Shown in pieces: positions 58,320 through 64,000 of a stretch of DNA of 64,000 nt; position 1 is the first letter of the stretch; each line of letters opens with the position of its first letter. This DNA is from the human T2T-CHM13v2.0 reference genome, Homo sapiens. Under the pieces are notes generated by a model. It ran no database searches. It saw only the letters and a list, made by a program, of their open reading frames with translations, and was not told the origin of the DNA. The position numbers and the translations under genes are program-made. Location: the NCBI RefSeq assembly GCF_009914755.1, contig NC_060927.1. The stretch is one strand, 5' to 3'.

Positions 58320-59830
58320 TTTAGTATGCATTTTTAATAGTGTTTCCAAACCAAAAGAACTCTAAGAGAAGATGGCCTCCTTAAGACAAGAGGCAATAGC
58401 CAAAAGAGAAGAAAAGATTGAAATGAGGACACAAATGAAAAGAAAGAATACAAGGAAGCCTAAGATGCAAGAGGAAAGCTGGAGGCAATACAGAACACAA
58501 TCGACTTGTGGAAAATAATACCTATGCTGTGAAAGACAAACATGATCACAACCAGATGCAATTTCAAAAGACGGATACAAAAATAAATAAGGAAAAGGTG
58601 ATAGAGAGGGAACATACAGCACAGAGATCCAAACTAAGTAGGAAGAAATTCAATAGTAAGGAACAGAACCAAAAATAAAAATAGTAAAGATAAATATTCA
58701 CATGTGGACAAAAACCTGCTCCCAGGAGCAAAACTACAGTGAGTACTAAGCAAAATAACTGAAAACAAACCCTATATCTATGCCTAAAAAAGTAATTTCC
58801 ATTATTTTCCCAAACTCATAGCACTAACCAGACGGAAAATCAGGTTAACTACAAAGTAATAGATATCAAATTAGCCCTAAGCCTCTCTTTCACAATATTA
58901 AACACCATTAGCCTATGAACCATCTAAGTTTGGTAGCAAAAGTTTATGATAAAATCCTTGTATTCCCTGACAAATTATTGTTCATTTAAAAAAGGCAAAA
59001 GAAACATTTTAAGCAATGTGAAGCCTCATAAAACACTGCACGTGTATAACATTCTCATAAAAATCTATTCCAAGTATACATTCCAGCTAAGTGAATAAAA
59101 ACTCAAAATAAAGAACTCAATATAATAGAGCAGGAAATGCCTAATTTCATGTAATGACCAATTTAATGCAAAAGGCTAAAAGCATCCTTGAAAAACAATG
59201 AGTTGTACTTAATATCTTCACATTTTAATTTAAAACAAAAAATAAGAAGCATATAATATTAAATTGATATCAGATAATATAATGTATTTTTAATCTATAG
59301 CATCAAATTGAATTAACAAACACTGGAAGGATGAGGTCAGTGTAGGAGAAATAAAATTTAACTTGACTCTTTTTTATGTAATGGGGACATTAAAGGATTC
59401 CTTTTTTAATTAATTTGCATAATTAGAGAACTACAGGTTTAAGTATATATTCAAATTGGATTTTTGAAAACAGTCTATATAGAAAAACAAAGAAAACACT
59501 AAAGAAAGTAGAATAAATAAAATGAGAAGAGATCAAACACATCATTTATGGCTGTAAAACCAAATGGTTTAAATTCCTCCTTTAAAAGAAACCTCTTACA
59601 TTGGGTTCAAAAAGTAAATCTTACTATATATGCTGCTTTCAAGTGATACAGCAAAAACAAATCAAGACAAATTATAGAAAGAAAAGGAAAATCATACATA
59701 ATTGAGCAAACACAAAGTAAAACAAACAAAACACCTTATGAAACCAGATGTAATTCTTAGGAAAAGTCATTACCTGAAACAGAGTGCTTATATTAATAAA
59801 AATCAAAATCTACTGTGTATAACTGTTAAA
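58320..59830 (+). mobile_element. Ancient L1M 5' half (ORF1, inter-ORF and start of ORF2 endonuclease)
   Basis: A-rich ORF1-like sequence. Around 59550-59650, 'aatggtttaaattcctcctttaaaaga...ttgggttcaaaaag...actatatatgctgctttcaag' resembles degenerate NGLNSPIKR...WIKKQ..TICCLQE. Confidence 0.6.
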
Positions 59831-60215
59831 ACTTTTATGCGGCAAATATTGCATCACAGACACAGAACACACACACAGACATACACACACATGCACATAC
59901 ACGTGTGCAACAAAAACACAAATTATAACAGCAGATTAAAAAGCTATTCTTATCTGATATTTCCAAATAAAATTTAAAATAATTTTTTCAGATCCTAAAA
60001 CAAATTCCTGCTTGATATTTTTATTGAAATTCCATATTAATATGGGAATAATATTACTAAATTTTCCTATTCAGAAACATGAGATATTTTTGCATTAATT
60101 CAGGCCTTTAGTATGTCCCTTGTTAGGTTTTAATTTTTTCTTCATATAAGTCCTGCAGATTTCTTATTACATTAATTTCTAGATATTTTACACTTATTAT
60201 TATTAAGAATATCTG

Positions 60216-60558
<343 letters not shown>

Positions 60559-60728
60559 TAATTGATTGTTTTTCTTGGCTCACAAAAATACTATTGATTT
60601 GGGTATATTTATTTTGTATCCAGCCACATTGCTGAATTGTTATTGTTCTAATATATCTTTAGTTGATTCTCTAAGTTTTTGAGGTATCATCTGTAAATGA
60701 TGACAAGGTTGTCCCTGTCATCTTGTAA

Positions 60729-61106
<378 letters not shown>

Positions 61107-61191
61107 TAACATTTCCATTACATTATATATTATTATTGGTTATTATCTGATTCCTGACACCTTGATATCATCCCTCACTTTAAAAAGAACA

Positions 61192-61761
61192 TGCATTAAT
61201 TAGGATGTTTGCAACTGCAAGTAAAAAAAAACACACAACTGAGAGTGGCTTAAACAATGTGGAAATTGTATTATCTATATAATATGAAGACTGGAGTCAG
61301 GCCAGTTCCAGGGTTGATTAATTCAGATGCTCAATAATGTAGGGACCTGATACGTTTATTCTGTGATTCTCCTGGCTTTCCCCTCATGGTTGTCAGATGG
61401 CTGGAGCAAACCTAAGTATCACAGTCTTTAGATAATATCCAAGTCCAGGATAGGGAAGATATCTTTTTACATATTTACTTGTAAAAGAAAGGAAAGCCTT
61501 CCCAGGAACCCCCAGTGAGGCTTCCTCTGGCCTTCTTATTGGACAGGTTGTGTTGCATGACTTGCTTAAGCCAATCATCAACAAAAAGAATGGAATCCCA
61601 ATGACTGGCTTAATCTATTCTACCTCCCCCATGCTGGGGAAGTGGAGGTCAACTTCCTCTGAGAATGTGGAAAGGTAAACACCAAAACACATCCAGAGCT
61701 CTGTGAGAAAGAAAAAGGATGGGGATGACTGCCGGGTAGGGAACCAACAGTGTGCACCACA
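61192..61761 (-). mobile_element. MLT1K-like MaLR solo LTR
   Basis: 'tgcaagtaaaaaaaa...gtggcttaaacaa', 'cctcatggttgtcagatggctg', 'ccaatca', ending 'gggtagggaaccaacagtgtgcaccaca'. Confidence 0.78.
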
Positions 61762-62644
61762 GAGAGTCTCTGGTGTTTAAAGGATAGGTACAGGGATGAC
61801 TATTGGTTTTAGACATATTATCAAGTTAAGAAAGAATGTCCTTAATCCTAGTCTATTAAAAATAGTTTTTGCTTTGTTTTTTAATCAAAAATAACTGCTA
61901 AGTTGTACCCCATACCTTTTTGACATCCATTGAAATGATCCCATAATTAATGTCCTTTGGTCTACTAATATGTTGTATTAATAGACTTCCTAAGACAGAA
62001 ATAAGGGGGCTTACATAGCATTTTCTGTGTTTTCAGTTCCATACTGTTAATTAGCAATTTTTAGGGTTTTTCATACAAAGCAAGAAACACACATTATTGC
62101 TTATTAATAAATAATACTTCACATATAAAAAGTTTCCAGATCCTAAGCCAGAAAAATTGAAGAGGGAGAAATGAATCAGAGGGTGACAGGCAAGAAAGAC
62201 AGACAGAACAACTCAGACATGAAGTGATATGGCTTGTTCTGGAGTGGGGGCAGTAGGGCAGGAAAGCATGGAAGGAACACAAAGCTTACTTCTAAGACAC
62301 AACACATGCAGACTTAATCTATATCAATATTTTACATCAATGGCATTCTCATCATAGCATTGGGAATCACTGAGAATTGCTTTAAGTTATTTCAGCTCCA
62401 TGAAACTCCCACTCCTGACCTTCCCTCCATCTGGTCCACTTCCCTCCATCTTCCCCACTCCTATACAGCTAGCCATCTACCCTGGTGCTCTGACAATACT
62501 CTTTATCTATTTTTACATCTGTTTTTACCACTACACTTTGAACTTCTTGGAGGCAGAACCTAATACCTTGTAAACCTACATATACCCAGTTGCTTGCACT
62601 GCACCAGATTCAGAGTAGGCTCTCAAATTGTTTGCAAGAGTGAT

Positions 62645-62900
62645 GCTGATGTTGAATGTATTGAACATTTATTGTGTATTTGCAACATGGCAGGCACTGT
62701 CATAAATACTTAACATAAAATATGTCTTTTTAATTCCAGCAATAGTCCTATGTGTACTGTTATTGTTACCTCCATTTCATAGGTGTAGAAAAGTGTAGGG
62801 ATTTTACATAACTTGTCACAAGCTGCAAAGCTAGTAAGCTATAGCACCAAGATTCAAATCCAGAGAGTCCAACCCCTGATGTAATCGTAAGTCATTTTCC
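62645..62900 (-). mobile_element. MIR SINE
   Basis: 'aacatttattg...caggcactgt...ctccatttcatagg...taacttgtcacaag...gctagtaag...gattcaaatccag'. Confidence 0.7.
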
Positions 62901-64000
62901 TTCCTGTGACTTTGAAAACAAATGAGATAAGCCAGAAGCTCACAAATGAGCCCAAATTATTTCATGGTCACCTTTTATACACGTTACTCTCTGAGGTGCC
63001 AAAAACGTTCTGGCTAAATGCTCTGCCAAGGTGTCATCTGGGGAATCCTAACCAGACACTAGAGGCTATCATCATTCATTTACATGCCTTGATTTTCAAA
63101 AGACTGAGAACAGGTTGAAGATTTGAACATTGCAGCACAAATCTGCATCAAACAGACAGTGTATCTACCTTTCATCCCCATCCCCAGCCTCACACAGAGC
63201 CAGTGCATTTGCCCCCTTGGATCATTTGGCGAGGCTGTCAAGAACCTTAACACCCCTCAAAAAGAATGAAATCAAGCACAGCGGCATCTGTGCCAGTTCC
63301 TCTCTTTTTTTATTACTGCCCCCAAAGCCTATAAAAGCTTGGAATCTATTAATTCTTTCTTTATAGCTGGAATGTCTACTCATTATTATCTGAGAAAGGA
63401 AGAGTCAATTTAATACATTTGATTTCAAAGATTCTATCCAGTGAAGTCATAGTTCATTGCAGTCATATCAGCTGATTACTGTAAAGTGCAACAGTCTGCA
63501 TTTGTAAAGGAAAAAAGCACCCAAGCTTAGTAGGAGGTACACAGTAGAGAACGTGGGAGACATCGGGATAGCATTTGCTGCTGAACTGCATTTTGCAGAC
63601 CTGACCACCCCTTCCACTTTGCTCTGTTCCAGGAATGCCATTTAACTGTCATGGGCCTTATCCCCCTATAGCTGTAGGATAACCACAAGAGCCAGTGAGC
63701 ACTCACTAAAGCTAATCAATATTTAGAAGCTAAAAATGAAACGAAGAAACACACAAATGCAAGCATAGGCAGGGGAGGCTTTTACCCTGTGCCTCCAAGA
63801 CCTATGTCTAAGCTAATACATGCAACTGCTTCTGGGATTTATGGCTGCATTTATTCAAACCCTGTAGCCTCTGAAGAACAGCTCATCCTCTCCTTCCATA
63901 TTAGATTGGACCAGCCAGAGGCAGGCCCTTCTCTGCCAACAGTCAGGGAGGTGAGAGTAAATCTGCCACCATGTAGATTCCATCATTCTCAACTCCTATC

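Overview
Primate (hominoid-like) non-coding genomic DNA, probably a large intron or an intergenic stretch. It holds 14 Alus (J, S and one Y type), two young 5'-truncated L1PA insertions with target-site duplications, several ancient L1M fragments, MaLR (MLT1) and MER34-type solo LTRs, DNA-transposon fossils (MER5, MER44, MARNA-like), many MIR/L2 remnants and several microsatellites. I recognise no host protein-coding exon, RNA gene, CpG island or promoter. The only clearly recognisable proteins in the ORF track are disrupted LINE-1 ORF2 remnants; the other ORFs are Alu-derived or chance. I found no evidence of a novel multi-gene system. The best unexplained signals are an 84-nt near-perfect hairpin (35285-35368), a ~160-bp dispersed duplication (18413-18570 / 21763-21921), a non-consensus base shared by two neighbouring L1s that suggests local gene conversion, a perfect 16-bp inverted repeat (57414-57447), and two CpG-retaining, repeat-free candidate enhancers. 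Repeat subfamily names come from remembered consensus sequences, and boundaries of ancient repeats are approximate.
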